A DNA stretch of 64,000 bases from Candidatus Peribacteria bacterium RIFOXYB1_FULL_54_35 (GTDB lineage Bacteria > Patescibacteriota > Gracilibacteria > Peribacterales > Peribacteraceae). Position 1 is the first letter of the stretch; the number at the start of each line of letters is the position of its first letter. This document shows, in pieces, positions 41,524 to 49,677 of this stretch. The translations under genes were made by a program, and so were the position numbers. Under the pieces are notes generated by a model. That model did not search any database, was not told the origin of the DNA, and saw only the letters and a program-made list of their open reading frames with translations. The stretch spans positions 76,946 to 140,945 of the forward strand of contig MFYJ01000007.1 in the NCBI GenBank assembly GCA_001787755.1. Direction: 5' to 3'.

Positions 41524-41648
41524 AGCTTGTTAGCTGATTAGCTTCTTTAGCTTCATTAGGGGCTGGGATGTTTGATTTGATTCTTTTGTACCTTTCTAAC
41601 GAAGCTAATGAAGCTATAAACCTAACAAGCGAGAGAAGCTACTAAGCT
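41524..41648. repeat. AGCT-word imperfect palindrome, copy 2 (inverted relative to copy 1)
   Basis: agcttgttagctgattagcttctttagcttcattagg .. cgaagctaatgaagctataaacctaacaagc. The reverse complement of the loop (gaaaggtacaaaag..catcccag) matches the loop of copy 1. Confidence 0.7.
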
Positions 41649-41694
41649 GAGAAACACTCTTTTTCAAGCAGCTTGGTATCAGTACTATGTCCGC

Positions 41695-42216
41695 ATGCAA
41701 CCCCAGAAGAAGCAGGACGATGGCAAAAGCAAGAAACAGCCTGAGGACAGCAAGTGCCAGCAGGAGCTGAGTGCAGTGACGAAAGAGCTGGAGCGCCTCA
41801 AGGAAATGGCGGGGCGGGCGCAGGCAGACCTGCAGAACGCGAAGGGGCGCATGGAGAAGGAGGTGCAGGAACTGCGTGCGTACGCGGTGGAGGGCATGGT
41901 GCGCCGCCTGCTCCCCACAGCAGACAACTTTCAGCGTGCGTTCGCGCATCTGCCGGAGGAGCTCAAAAATCACGATTGGGTGAAGGGGCTGCAGGCGATG
42001 GAACAGGCGTTCATCAAAGAGCTGAGTGATGTGGGCCTGCAGCAGATTGCCTCGCTCGGAAAGCCGGTGAACCCCGCGTACCACGAGGTGCTGCAGGCGG
42101 GTCCCGGCGAGAAAGACGTCATTACGGAAGTATTCGAAGAGGGGTATCTGCTACGGGAGAAAGTCCTCCGCCCGGCAAAGGTAAAAGTTGGAGATGGGAC
42201 AGAAAACGCTCATTAG
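41695..42216 (+). CDS. grpE: nucleotide exchange factor GrpE
   Basis: Coiled-coil N-terminus, then LLPTADNFQRAF, GLQAMEQAF and PAKVKVG, typical of GrpE. No dnaK is adjacent. Confidence 0.85.
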   Translation: MQPQKKQDDGKSKKQPEDSKCQQELSAVTKELERLKEMAGRAQADLQNAKGRMEKEVQELRAYAVEGMVRRLLPTADNFQRAFAHLPEELKNHDWVKGLQAMEQAFIKELSDVGLQQIASLGKPVNPAYHEVLQAGPGEKDVITEVFEEGYLLREKVLRPAKVKVGDGTENAH

Positions 42217-42228
42217 CTAATTGCACCT

Positions 42229-42321
42229 GTCATGGTGAGGTGGCCGACTGATCCTTCGAGGCTCGCTGCGCCTTCGGCTTCGCTCGCACCTCAGGATGAC
42301 AGTCGGCCCTCGAACCATGAC
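42229..42321. repeat. REP-like element GTCATGGTGAG..[GC hairpins]..CGAACCATGAC
   Basis: gtcatggtgaggtggccgactgatccttcgagg..cctcaggatgacagtcggccctcgaaccatgac lies between convergent grpE and the histidine-phosphatase gene. Confidence 0.7.
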
Positions 42322-42374
42322 GTGCGCGAATGTGTCATCTTAAACAGGCTTAGGGCAGGTGAGAGGAGCGAAGG

Positions 42375-42968
42375 TCAGTAGAGCACTTCGTTCGCGCGCA
42401 CGATCCGCGGCGTATCGTTCTCTATGACGACCTCATGCATGCAGCTCAACCTCTGCTGGAGCTGCCACCTTTCAGCTCCCTCGATGTCGTTGAGAATGGT
42501 GCTGAAGGGGAGAGCATGTCCCCAGAGGGCGACGCAGTCAAAATCATCCCTCAGAACACCCAGCCATCCTTCCAGTACGCGTTCTCTCATCCGATGTGCG
42601 GGTTCAGCACCTTCTATTGGTGCATGAAGCGGATCTCTGAGCCAGCGTGCCACTTCCTCCCGTGAGTGGCGCAGGATATCTAACCATTGCTTCCCCTCCC
42701 ATCGCTCTCCAAAATCCCGCTCATTGAAGAGGGGAACAGCGAAGTGCGGGATGCCTTCATGCCGCTGGAGGTGTATCCCGGGGAGCCGTGTGCGCTTCTT
42801 CCCGGACGTGGCGACGTAGTCCAGCCCCTGTCTGCATGCAAACTCAATGTTGGCGAGCGACGTCCGTATTCCTTCCGGGTCGAGGAACGCATCGGTGCTC
42901 CCTGCACAGATGTTCTGTGTGCCGCCCTCTATTTCCCCGTGCCGGAAGAGGAGAATCCGTTTGGTCAT
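42375..42968 (-). CDS. histidine phosphatase family protein (phosphoglycerate-mutase-like)
   Basis: N-terminal ILLFRHGE (RHG catalytic motif) and a later WGHALPF histidine. Confidence 0.75.
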   Translation of the reverse strand: MTKRILLFRHGEIEGGTQNICAGSTDAFLDPEGIRTSLANIEFACRQGLDYVATSGKKRTRLPGIHLQRHEGIPHFAVPLFNERDFGERWEGKQWLDILRHSREEVARWLRDPLHAPIEGAEPAHRMRERVLEGWLGVLRDDFDCVALWGHALPFSTILNDIEGAERWQLQQRLSCMHEVVIENDTPRIVRANEVLY

Positions 42969-42978
42969 GGTTACACAG

Positions 42979-44280
42979 TTATGCTTTCCTTATCGCCTGG
43001 GCGAACGCATCACCCTTCTCTTCGAAGTTCTTATACATGTTATAGCTCGGTGAGGCAGGAGAGAGGAGACAAATGGCGTCTTTTCTCTCTCTGTCGTGGC
43101 GTTTGATGGCAAGTTTCACTGCCGCAGCCATGGAGTCCACTTCGTGGATGTCCTGTGTGTGCACGCGCTTCTCGAGCGCTTCCTTTATCCGTACGCCGCT
43201 CTCCGGGAAGAGGATCACGTTTTTTATCTGGGAATCGGCGATGACCGCTCCGAGTCCCGTAAAATCATTGCCGCGGTCCTGTCCACCGAGAATGATGGTC
43301 TCCACATGGTCTCCAAATGTAGCGAGTGCCGCCATTGCCGATTCCGGAATGGTGGAGATGGCATCATTTATCCATTTGATGCCGTGGAGCACGCCGAGGG
43401 ACTGCAGGCGGTGGGCGAGTCCTTTGAACTTTTTGATCGCCCTCACCGCGGTTTCCCTCTCCACGCCGAGGAATTCTGCCACCTTCCAAGCTCCGGCGAT
43501 GTTGAGGAGGTTGTGCTTTCCCTGGAGGTGCGTGTCGGAGAGCTGCACAGGCGCATCACTCTCGCCGTACTCCCTGCGATTCTCCATTTTCACGACGGCG
43601 TAAGCGGCGATGATCTTTGCATTGTTCACATTGGAAGAGAACACGATGTCCTCCTGCTTCTTCTGGTTCATGACGATGTGCGCCTTGGCGATTTCGTAGT
43701 TCTTCAGTGTGACGTGGTAGTCCAGGTGCTCCGGAAAGAAGCTCGTGATCACCGCGATGTGCGGGCTCACCGTGAGGTTCATGAGCTGGAAGCTGCTCAT
43801 CTCCATCACGAACAGCGTTCCTTGCTTCGCGTGTTCGAGGAAGTCGAGCGTGGGGATGCCGATGTTCCCCACGAGGTGCACGTCTCTCCTGTCCTCTTCG
43901 AGAATGGCGGTAATCAGACTTGCAGTGGTGCTCTTCCCCTTGGTCCCGGTCACGCCGATCACCTGTGAGCCCGCCTCGTGGACGCTCTCCAGAAAGAGCT
44001 GCGTAGTGCTCGTGAGCTTGTCTTTCACCGCGTTCAGTTCCGGCAGGGGAGGGATGCCGGGGGACTTGATGATGACGTCAAACTTCTCCAGGTTCCGGAG
44101 CCACCCCGTTCCGAGCTGCTGCCAGTATTTCCCTTCTTCGACGGTGACGCTCTCCTTCTTGTCCGCGATGGTGATTTCACACCCCGGGGCATACTTTTGG
44201 AGCGCACGGGCGGCCGACTGGCCTTCCCGGCCGTACCCGAGGATGCAGACCGCTTTGCCGGCGAGTTCACGTATGTGCAT
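42979..44280 (-). CDS. murD: UDP-N-acetylmuramoylalanine--glutamate ligase (MurD family)
   Basis: ILGYGREGQSAARAL, VIGVTGTKGKSTT, and WINDAISTIPESA / ILGGQDRG typical of MurD. Confidence 0.9.
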   Translation of the reverse strand: MHIRELAGKAVCILGYGREGQSAARALQKYAPGCEITIADKKESVTVEEGKYWQQLGTGWLRNLEKFDVIIKSPGIPPLPELNAVKDKLTSTTQLFLESVHEAGSQVIGVTGTKGKSTTASLITAILEEDRRDVHLVGNIGIPTLDFLEHAKQGTLFVMEMSSFQLMNLTVSPHIAVITSFFPEHLDYHVTLKNYEIAKAHIVMNQKKQEDIVFSSNVNNAKIIAAYAVVKMENRREYGESDAPVQLSDTHLQGKHNLLNIAGAWKVAEFLGVERETAVRAIKKFKGLAHRLQSLGVLHGIKWINDAISTIPESAMAALATFGDHVETIILGGQDRGNDFTGLGAVIADSQIKNVILFPESGVRIKEALEKRVHTQDIHEVDSMAAAVKLAIKRHDRERKDAICLLSPASPSYNMYKNFEEKGDAFAQAIRKA

Positions 44281-45604
44281 CGAGGCGCATGAGGAAGCGG
44301 GCGCTCACGGCGTGCTCGCTGCTTGGTTCGAGCACACTGCGAATGAGTTTCGGAATGTCTGTGATGCTCTCTGCCTTCTCGAGCAGGAACATCTGCATCA
44401 CCGGCGTCTCCTCCAGCTCGCCCTGCTGCACGGCGAGGAGCATGGCTGCAGCGGTCTCCTCCGGCGTGCCCACGCACTCGAACGGTTTGAATCCGGTGAG
44501 GCCGAGCAGTTGCCTGTAGAGCGGCAGCAGGCTCTCATCTTGGTACAGGTTCTTCCCGAAGATCTCCAGAAGCTGCTTCTTTGGCAGGAATGCGGCGAAC
44601 TGACAGAAGGAGAAGGCGCACTTGGGGCAGGTGCCGCACCAGCGCTCCTTCGGTTTCTCCTCCAGTATGCGCCAGTTTTTGTTGCAGCTTGTGGCGCATC
44701 TGAAGTACTGCGGCAACGTGCAGAAGTGCTGTGCAATGTGCAACTCACTCATGGAGCGGAGCAAACTGAAGCAGTCGATGCCCGGAGTGAGGAAGCGGTG
44801 CACGTACTTCTGGAACATCCGCTCAAACTCCAGGCTCTTGCTCCATTGGTGGTTGATCATCTTCCCCTTGTACTCCACATTCCCTTCGCTGGCACTCCGC
44901 TCGGCGCTCATGGCAATGAAGTCGAAGCCATAGAGGAGTGCGGCAATGACGCTGAGGAAGGAGAGGTAGGCGGTAATGGGCACGTGTCCGTTCAGCGCTC
45001 CTTCCTCGTTCAGCTGGAAGAGTACGGAGGGGAGCTGCCGTTTCACGCTGATGAGCGGGAGTTTCGCCACTTCCGCCGTTTCATTGATCAACGGATGTTC
45101 CCCCAGGCGGAAGAGCGTGCAGTCCATGCGGCACGCCCGCAGCATTTCCAGAGTCACGATGGAATCTTTTCCCCCGCCGATTGGTACAAGCACGCGGTCA
45201 TGGAACTTCTGTACCTCTATCGGCTCCGGAGCATCCTGCGCATCTGCGGGGAAGCTGATGAGCCCTTCGGGGTCCAAATTATTCCTGTAGAAGAACTCAC
45301 CGAGGCCCTTCTCGTACACCGTGTTCCAGAACTCCGCCTGCTCTTTCGTAAGTTTGCCGGAGCGGATTTCCATCTTCTTCGGGCAGCACGTTTTGTAGTA
45401 CGAGATTCCGCCGATGAGGTGCAGCGCAAAGAGCGCGCGGTCCAGGAGTTCCAGGTCTACCCCGGAGGGGAAGAGGCCGTCTCTCTGGAGCGTGACCGTC
45501 TCGGTGAAGTGCATTTCATCATCGAGACTGTACTTAAGTTCAATCTTCCCTTCCTTCGGGTCAAAGGTGTAGGAATCGAAGATGAAGGTTTCGTACTGTT
45601 TCAC
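44267..45604 (-). CDS. PP-loop-like (GGGKDS) / Cys4 protein overlapping murD; candidate MurL-type UDP-MurNAc-L-Ala-L-Glu epimerase
   Basis: VLVPIGGGKDSIV resembles the SGGxDS ATP-pyrophosphatase loop. CATSCNKNW..WCGTCPKCAF is a four-Cys cluster. The 3' end overlaps the murD start by 14 nt. The functional assignment is inference. Confidence 0.5.
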   Translation of the reverse strand: MKQYETFIFDSYTFDPKEGKIELKYSLDDEMHFTETVTLQRDGLFPSGVDLELLDRALFALHLIGGISYYKTCCPKKMEIRSGKLTKEQAEFWNTVYEKGLGEFFYRNNLDPEGLISFPADAQDAPEPIEVQKFHDRVLVPIGGGKDSIVTLEMLRACRMDCTLFRLGEHPLINETAEVAKLPLISVKRQLPSVLFQLNEEGALNGHVPITAYLSFLSVIAALLYGFDFIAMSAERSASEGNVEYKGKMINHQWSKSLEFERMFQKYVHRFLTPGIDCFSLLRSMSELHIAQHFCTLPQYFRCATSCNKNWRILEEKPKERWCGTCPKCAFSFCQFAAFLPKKQLLEIFGKNLYQDESLLPLYRQLLGLTGFKPFECVGTPEETAAAMLLAVQQGELEETPVMQMFLLEKAESITDIPKLIRSVLEPSSEHAVSARFLMRLDAHT

Positions 45605-45666
45605 GGCAGGAAGTGTATCCCATTCGATTTCTGTTCTGTAGGAAATAGGTGACTAGTTACCGTCTT

Positions 45667-46431
45667 CTACAGGCACCGTTCCTCGTATTTCTCGTACGGA
45701 GCAGGGGCTCTCTGGGGGGAGGTGAGCGTGCGGTACGCTTCCTTAAGGAGGCTGCAGGGAGTGTTCGGGTGGAAGAGTATGGACGAGAGGACATTTTCGT
45801 CCTGCGCCGCTCTGCGGCGGTAGATGTCTTCGATGATGTCTGCCGGCAGGTTCTTCCTGAAGAAGAGCCCGCGTAGCAGATAGTCGTGGTTCCTGAGGAG
45901 CGGATTGCTGTAGGCTGTGCGTATTTCTTCCTCCGTGAGCGGCTTCATCTCATCATCGGAGGGGGAACCATACGTACTTTTCAGTTTCTGTTCTGCTGCG
46001 ACGTAGAGCCCTCCGACAGCAAGCAGAATGACGAGGACTGCAGCCAGCACGAGCCTCATGGAGCGCACCTTCTGCTGGTCCTCTGCGGGCAGAGCCGCAT
46101 CCTGCGGTCTATGCAGCGCTTTCAGCAGGGACACGGGGATGTAGTAGAGGAAGAGCAGCAGGACGAAGCATGCAATGCCGGTAAAGCCACCGAGGATGAG
46201 CGCAAAGTAGGGGCCGGTGAGGAAGAACAGGAAGTTGCCCTGGAAGAACGTGGCAATGTTCAGCGCGAGCATGAGCCCCCCGACAATCAGGGCAGCAGCT
46301 CCCGAGATGCCGAGGATCATGCGTTTCTCCTTTGAATGCTTCGGGAAGGCCGTAAAGAACAGCCAGAGCACTGCGAGGAGCGCAGGGAGCGAGAGGGGGA
46401 CGAAGATGACGGTGACGTTTTCGAGGTTCAC
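45667..46431 (-). CDS. membrane protein (about 5 TM plus soluble C-terminal domain), unknown function
   Basis: 254-aa ORF with hydrophobic helices in the first ~150 aa. No recognisable motif. Confidence 0.45.
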   Translation of the reverse strand: MNLENVTVIFVPLSLPALLAVLWLFFTAFPKHSKEKRMILGISGAAALIVGGLMLALNIATFFQGNFLFFLTGPYFALILGGFTGIACFVLLLFLYYIPVSLLKALHRPQDAALPAEDQQKVRSMRLVLAAVLVILLAVGGLYVAAEQKLKSTYGSPSDDEMKPLTEEEIRTAYSNPLLRNHDYLLRGLFFRKNLPADIIEDIYRRRAAQDENVLSSILFHPNTPCSLLKEAYRTLTSPQRAPAPYEKYEERCL

Positions 46432-46451
46432 AAGTCCATTCTAATTTATTT

Positions 46452-46613
46452 GTCATGGTGAGCACAGAGCTTGTCCTGCTTGCCAGCCAAAGCACGGAGT
46501 GCGGCGGCCGGAGCGCAGCCGGAGGGAACCATGGCATAGCATGTCGTCCCTCGATACGTCCCGCCGCGCGCTTGCACGGAGCGCGGGATACTCGGGATGA
46601 CATGCTTGTAATG
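46452..46613. repeat. composite REP-like element (GTCATGGTGAGC..GGAACCATGGC plus a second ..CTCGGGATGAC hairpin)
   Basis: gtcatggtgagcacagag..ggagggaaccatggc, followed by gcatgtcgtccctcgatacgtcccgc..gcgggatactcgggatgacatgc. Confidence 0.65.
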
Positions 46614-46615
46614 GC

Positions 46616-46915
46616 ATGATGGGTGGAGGCTGGAACAATGCCTCCCCGCTGATGGGAGGGTGGTCAAACGCCTATGCTCCTGATACGATGTCGTCCATGA
46701 TGGGATACGGGTTCGGCTTCGCGCCCTTCGGCTTCCTCTTCATGATCCTCTGGTGGGGTTTCCTCATCGTCGCGATTGTTGCACTCGTGAAGTGGCTCAT
46801 GCGTGGTTCCGGCACACCTGGAGGGAAGACCCCGCTTAACATCCTGAAGGAGCGCTACGCCAAAGGAGAGATCGGCAAGAAAGAGTTTGAAGAGCGGAAG
46901 AAAGACCTCACCTGA
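46616..46915 (+). CDS. small membrane protein with C-terminal SHOCT domain
   Basis: One TM helix (FMILWWGFLIVAIVALV) and the C-terminal LKERYAKGEIGKKEFEERKKDL SHOCT signature. Confidence 0.7.
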   Translation: MMGGGWNNASPLMGGWSNAYAPDTMSSMMGYGFGFAPFGFLFMILWWGFLIVAIVALVKWLMRGSGTPGGKTPLNILKERYAKGEIGKKEFEERKKDLT

Positions 46916-46943
46916 AATGTCTATGAAACTCGGTGTCATCCTG
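46844..46943 (+). repeat. direct repeat 1 (SHOCT 3' end plus start of a DsrE-like gene)
   Basis: ctgaaggagcgctacgcc..gaagaaagacctcacctgaaatgtctatgaaactcggtgtcatcct. The last ~65 nt differ from 47680..47778 at only 2 positions by eye. Confidence 0.8.
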
Positions 46944-47015
46944 CATAGAACAAGCTGGGGCATGTATAGAATCAAAGAATTGGCGGCCCGCGTCGCGGCG
47001 CTGATACCGAAAATC

Positions 47016-47726
47016 ATGGAGAGCGCATCACAGGAGAATACGGCCGCTTCCGCATCCATCCCCTCGCGCGCGCACCGTCAGCAACACTGGAATCGTATCT
47101 ATGAGTCAAAGGGGCCGCAGGATGTCAGCTGGTACCAGCGCCGTCCCGACATGTCGCTGGCATGTATCGGCGCATCCGGCTTGGACAAGGATGCCTGCAT
47201 CCTTGATGTCGGCGGCGGAGAATCCACGCTTGTGGACTTCTTGCTCGATGCGGGCTACAAGCGTCTTGCCGTGCTCGATGTATCCGGCGTTGCGCTGAAC
47301 CACAGCCGCTTGCGCCTCGGCGCACGAGCTGGCTCAGTCGAGTGGTTTGAGGAAGATGTGATCTCGTTCGTGCCACCGCACCGTTTCGACCTTTGGCACG
47401 ACCGTGCGGTATTTCACTTTCTTACGACCGACGATGACCGCCGCAGATACGTCGCGACGCTGCGGAAAACTCTGCAGCCTGGCGGCACAGCCATCCTATC
47501 CACATTTGCGACGAATGGACCACCGAAATGCAGCGGACTCGACGTCATGCGTTGGGATGAGCAGTCCATCGTCGCTGAGCTTGGCGCGGAGTTTCAGCTC
47601 CATGAGGTTCACCAAGAGACCCACATCACTCCTTGGAAGTCCGAGCAGAGCTTCGTGTGTTTTCGCTTTCAGTGGAGGCCTGCAAGAACGTTACGCGAAG
47701 GGGGAGATCGACAAGAAAGAGTTTGA
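47016..47726 (+). CDS. class I SAM-dependent methyltransferase
   Basis: ILDVGGGESTLVDFLL..LAVLDVS (motif I and post-I). The start is ATG 47016 or 46962. The C-terminal ~20 aa read through the duplicated SHOCT remnant out of frame. Confidence 0.7.
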   Translation: MESASQENTAASASIPSRAHRQQHWNRIYESKGPQDVSWYQRRPDMSLACIGASGLDKDACILDVGGGESTLVDFLLDAGYKRLAVLDVSGVALNHSRLRLGARAGSVEWFEEDVISFVPPHRFDLWHDRAVFHFLTTDDDRRRYVATLRKTLQPGGTAILSTFATNGPPKCSGLDVMRWDEQSIVAELGAEFQLHEVHQETHITPWKSEQSFVCFRFQWRPARTLREGGDRQERV

Positions 47727-47778
47727 AGAGCAGAAGAAAGACCTCACCTGAAATGCCTATGAAACTCGGTGTCATCCT
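47680..47778 (+). repeat. direct repeat 2 (SHOCT-remnant plus start of the intact DsrE-like gene)
   Basis: ctgcaagaacgttacgcg..gaagaaagacctcacctgaaatgcctatgaaactcggtgtcatcct. In another frame it encodes ..ERYAKGEIDKKEFEEQKKDLT*. Confidence 0.8.
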
Positions 47779-48085
47779 CCAATCAAATACGCCGGAGCAC
47801 GTGTGGAACGCGCTGCGGCTCGCGATTGCGGCGCGGAAGGCAAAGCACGACGTGCGTATTTTCCTCCTGAGCGAGGGGGTGGAGCTTGAGCGCATTCCCG
47901 ACTCCGAGCATTTCGATATCTCCCGGAAGGTAAGGGAGTTTACTGATCTCGGAGGTCAGCTCCTTGCCTGCGGGAGTTGCCTCAAGAGCCGATCGCAGCC
48001 CGAAAGCGCAGCCTGTCCCGTTTCGACCATGGCCGATCTCCTGCGACTTGTCGAGGAATCGGACAAGGTGCTGACGTTTGGGTAA
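47753..48085 (+). CDS. DsrE/DsrF-like family protein
   Basis: MPMKLGVILQSN..WNALRLA...DVRIFLLSEGV...LLACGSCLKSR matches the DsrE-like fold pattern. Confidence 0.65.
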   Translation: MPMKLGVILQSNTPEHVWNALRLAIAARKAKHDVRIFLLSEGVELERIPDSEHFDISRKVREFTDLGGQLLACGSCLKSRSQPESAACPVSTMADLLRLVEESDKVLTFG

Positions 48086-48128
48086 TAAAATTAGGCGACT
48101 ATCCCCTGATGCATAGTAGAACCAAAAT

Positions 48129-48215
48129 GTCATGGTGAACTCTGACGCCTGCCTGCCGACAGGCAGGAACCATGACATCGGTGCCATCCTTCGACCGTGC
48201 TCGGGATGACGTGCT
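48129..48215. repeat. REP-like element GTCATGGTGAAC..GGAACCATGAC plus ..CTCGGGATGAC hairpin
   Basis: gtcatggtgaactctgacgcctgcctgccgacaggcaggaaccatgac. The inner cctgcctgcc..ggcagg palindrome also occurs at 2907..2926. Confidence 0.65.
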
Positions 48216-48292
48216 TATTATCGCTTGAGATAGCATGTTGGAATAGAATGTAATGTGTGCGGGAACCTTCTATTTCGGTATGATATTCCTAA

Positions 48293-48379
48293 GCCGAGGT
48301 GGCGGAACTGGTAGACGCGCACGACTCAAAATCGTGTGGGAGCAATCCCGTGAGAGTTCAAGTCTCTCCCCCGGCACCA
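48293..48379 (+). tRNA. tRNA-Leu (anticodon CAA), 87 nt with long variable arm and encoded CCA
   Basis: GCCGAGG..CACGA-CTCAAAA-TCGTG..long variable arm..GAGAG-TTCAAGT-CTCTC-CCCCGGC-ACCA. Confidence 0.9.
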
Positions 48380-48396
48380 GAATTCAGGAATTCATT

Positions 48397-49002
48397 ATGC
48401 ATAAAGAATATGTAAATGAGGTCAGAAGTTTTAAGAAGCTACTAGAAGCGCTGGAACCATATGTAAAGAAATTCGAACTGATGTTGAAGGAGAAGAAATT
48501 CCCAGGCTGTTCTTTAAGACCTATAGAGGTTTGGGGAAACTGGTTAATTTGCGCTGTCATTCGCAGATATATTTCGGGAGAAGTCACATTTGCTGACGGT
48601 CCGAGTGGTGATGGGATAATCGTCGACAAACGAGATGGTAGTACACGTCAAACAGAACATGTATCAGCAACAGATAACCCCTTTTCACCTAGAGATTTAC
48701 CGAGTGGCGAAAGGAGAATAATTGAAGCTATTGAGAAGAAAATTGCGTTAGGTTCCAACTATGCAGAAGGCAGTATTCTTATTGCTTTTTTTGATGGTGC
48801 AGGAGAGTGGTATAGAAATAAGGTGAGAGAAGCTATTGGTAAACATAATTTCCACAAGATTTACTTGATAGGATTATTGACCAGAGACGCGAATGGATTT
48901 GCATACTCTGTGACAGAGCTGCATGAGAATAATTCAATAACCTTTAAGGTACAGATTAACCCCGATTTTTCTCATTGGTCAGTTTCTAGGTACCCAAACT
49001 AA
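48397..49002 (+). CDS. AT-rich orphan protein, unknown function
   Basis: 201 aa. It starts 18 nt after the tRNA-Leu CCA on the same strand. One 60-nt line was counted at 38% G+C. No confident motif; the possible nuclease-like GDGIIVD..TEHV is speculative. Confidence 0.5.
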   Translation: MHKEYVNEVRSFKKLLEALEPYVKKFELMLKEKKFPGCSLRPIEVWGNWLICAVIRRYISGEVTFADGPSGDGIIVDKRDGSTRQTEHVSATDNPFSPRDLPSGERRIIEAIEKKIALGSNYAEGSILIAFFDGAGEWYRNKVREAIGKHNFHKIYLIGLLTRDANGFAYSVTELHENNSITFKVQINPDFSHWSVSRYPN

Positions 49003-49015
49003 CTGACTGAAAGTC

Positions 49016-49567
49016 TCACGGCCCCCACTGATCGTGAATAATCCCGACGAGGTACCACCCTCCATCAAACTCTTCCCATACGAGCCGCAGGCTCACCCAG
49101 TCCATCCCTCCGTACTGCGGATCGAACCCCGGGAAGTAGTACTCCACGATCTGGCTGTTCGGGTACGCATCAGACGCGTTATCTATGGAGCTCCCGTGCT
49201 CCATCTTCCGGTTCCACGTCACTTCTTTTGCCTTGGCGTAGTCGTGGTCGTAGACAAACTGGTCGTAGTAATCGGCGAAGGTGAGGTAGATGGGGGAGCC
49301 GGAGCCGTCGTGATCGCCCCACCGGTGCAGGGTGGAATTTCCCATGGCGTCTTCTATGTCCTTGGCGTAGAAGAAGATGTTCCTCCCTTTGTCCACGTAG
49401 GTGTACGGAGTGAAGGTCACGCCTTTCACGGGGTGCACGAGGCTCGCGAGCGTATCCATATCTTTCTCTTTGAGTGCTTCTATGGCTGTCTTTGCGTTCT
49501 TCTCCACGGGGCTGCCGCAGCCGGCCAAGAGGGTGAGGGCGAGGAGGGGGAGGAGGAGTTTCTTCAT
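49016..49567 (-). CDS. lipoprotein, unknown function
   Basis: MKKLLLPLLALTLLAGC lipobox. No recognisable catalytic motif. Confidence 0.5.
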   Translation of the reverse strand: MKKLLLPLLALTLLAGCGSPVEKNAKTAIEALKEKDMDTLASLVHPVKGVTFTPYTYVDKGRNIFFYAKDIEDAMGNSTLHRWGDHDGSGSPIYLTFADYYDQFVYDHDYAKAKEVTWNRKMEHGSSIDNASDAYPNSQIVEYYFPGFDPQYGGMDWVSLRLVWEEFDGGWYLVGIIHDQWGP

Positions 49568-49603
49568 GGTCTCAAGTATAGCGGAAGAAAGGTGTCATGT
49601 GAG

Positions 49604-49672
49604 CGTCGTTCTCTCGTTTGCTCGTTGGCTCGTTCCAACGAGTAACGAGTGCACGAGTAAACGAGTAACGAA
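49604..49672. repeat. GCTCGTT-word hairpin, copy 2
   Basis: cgtcgttctctcgtttgctcgttggctcgtt-cc-aacgagtaacgagtgcacgagtaaacgagtaacgaag, just downstream of the phosphoribosyltransferase gene. Confidence 0.7.
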
Positions 49673-49677
49673 GTACG

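Noticed and set aside
43745-45652. 635-aa ORF on the plus strand
   Set aside because: It runs entirely antisense to murD and the PP-loop ORF, both of which have clear motifs. It is a low-complexity, stop-free shadow frame.
48253-48396. Upstream part of ORF 48253..49002
   Set aside because: This part translates straight through tRNA-Leu. The protein gene must start at ATG 48397.
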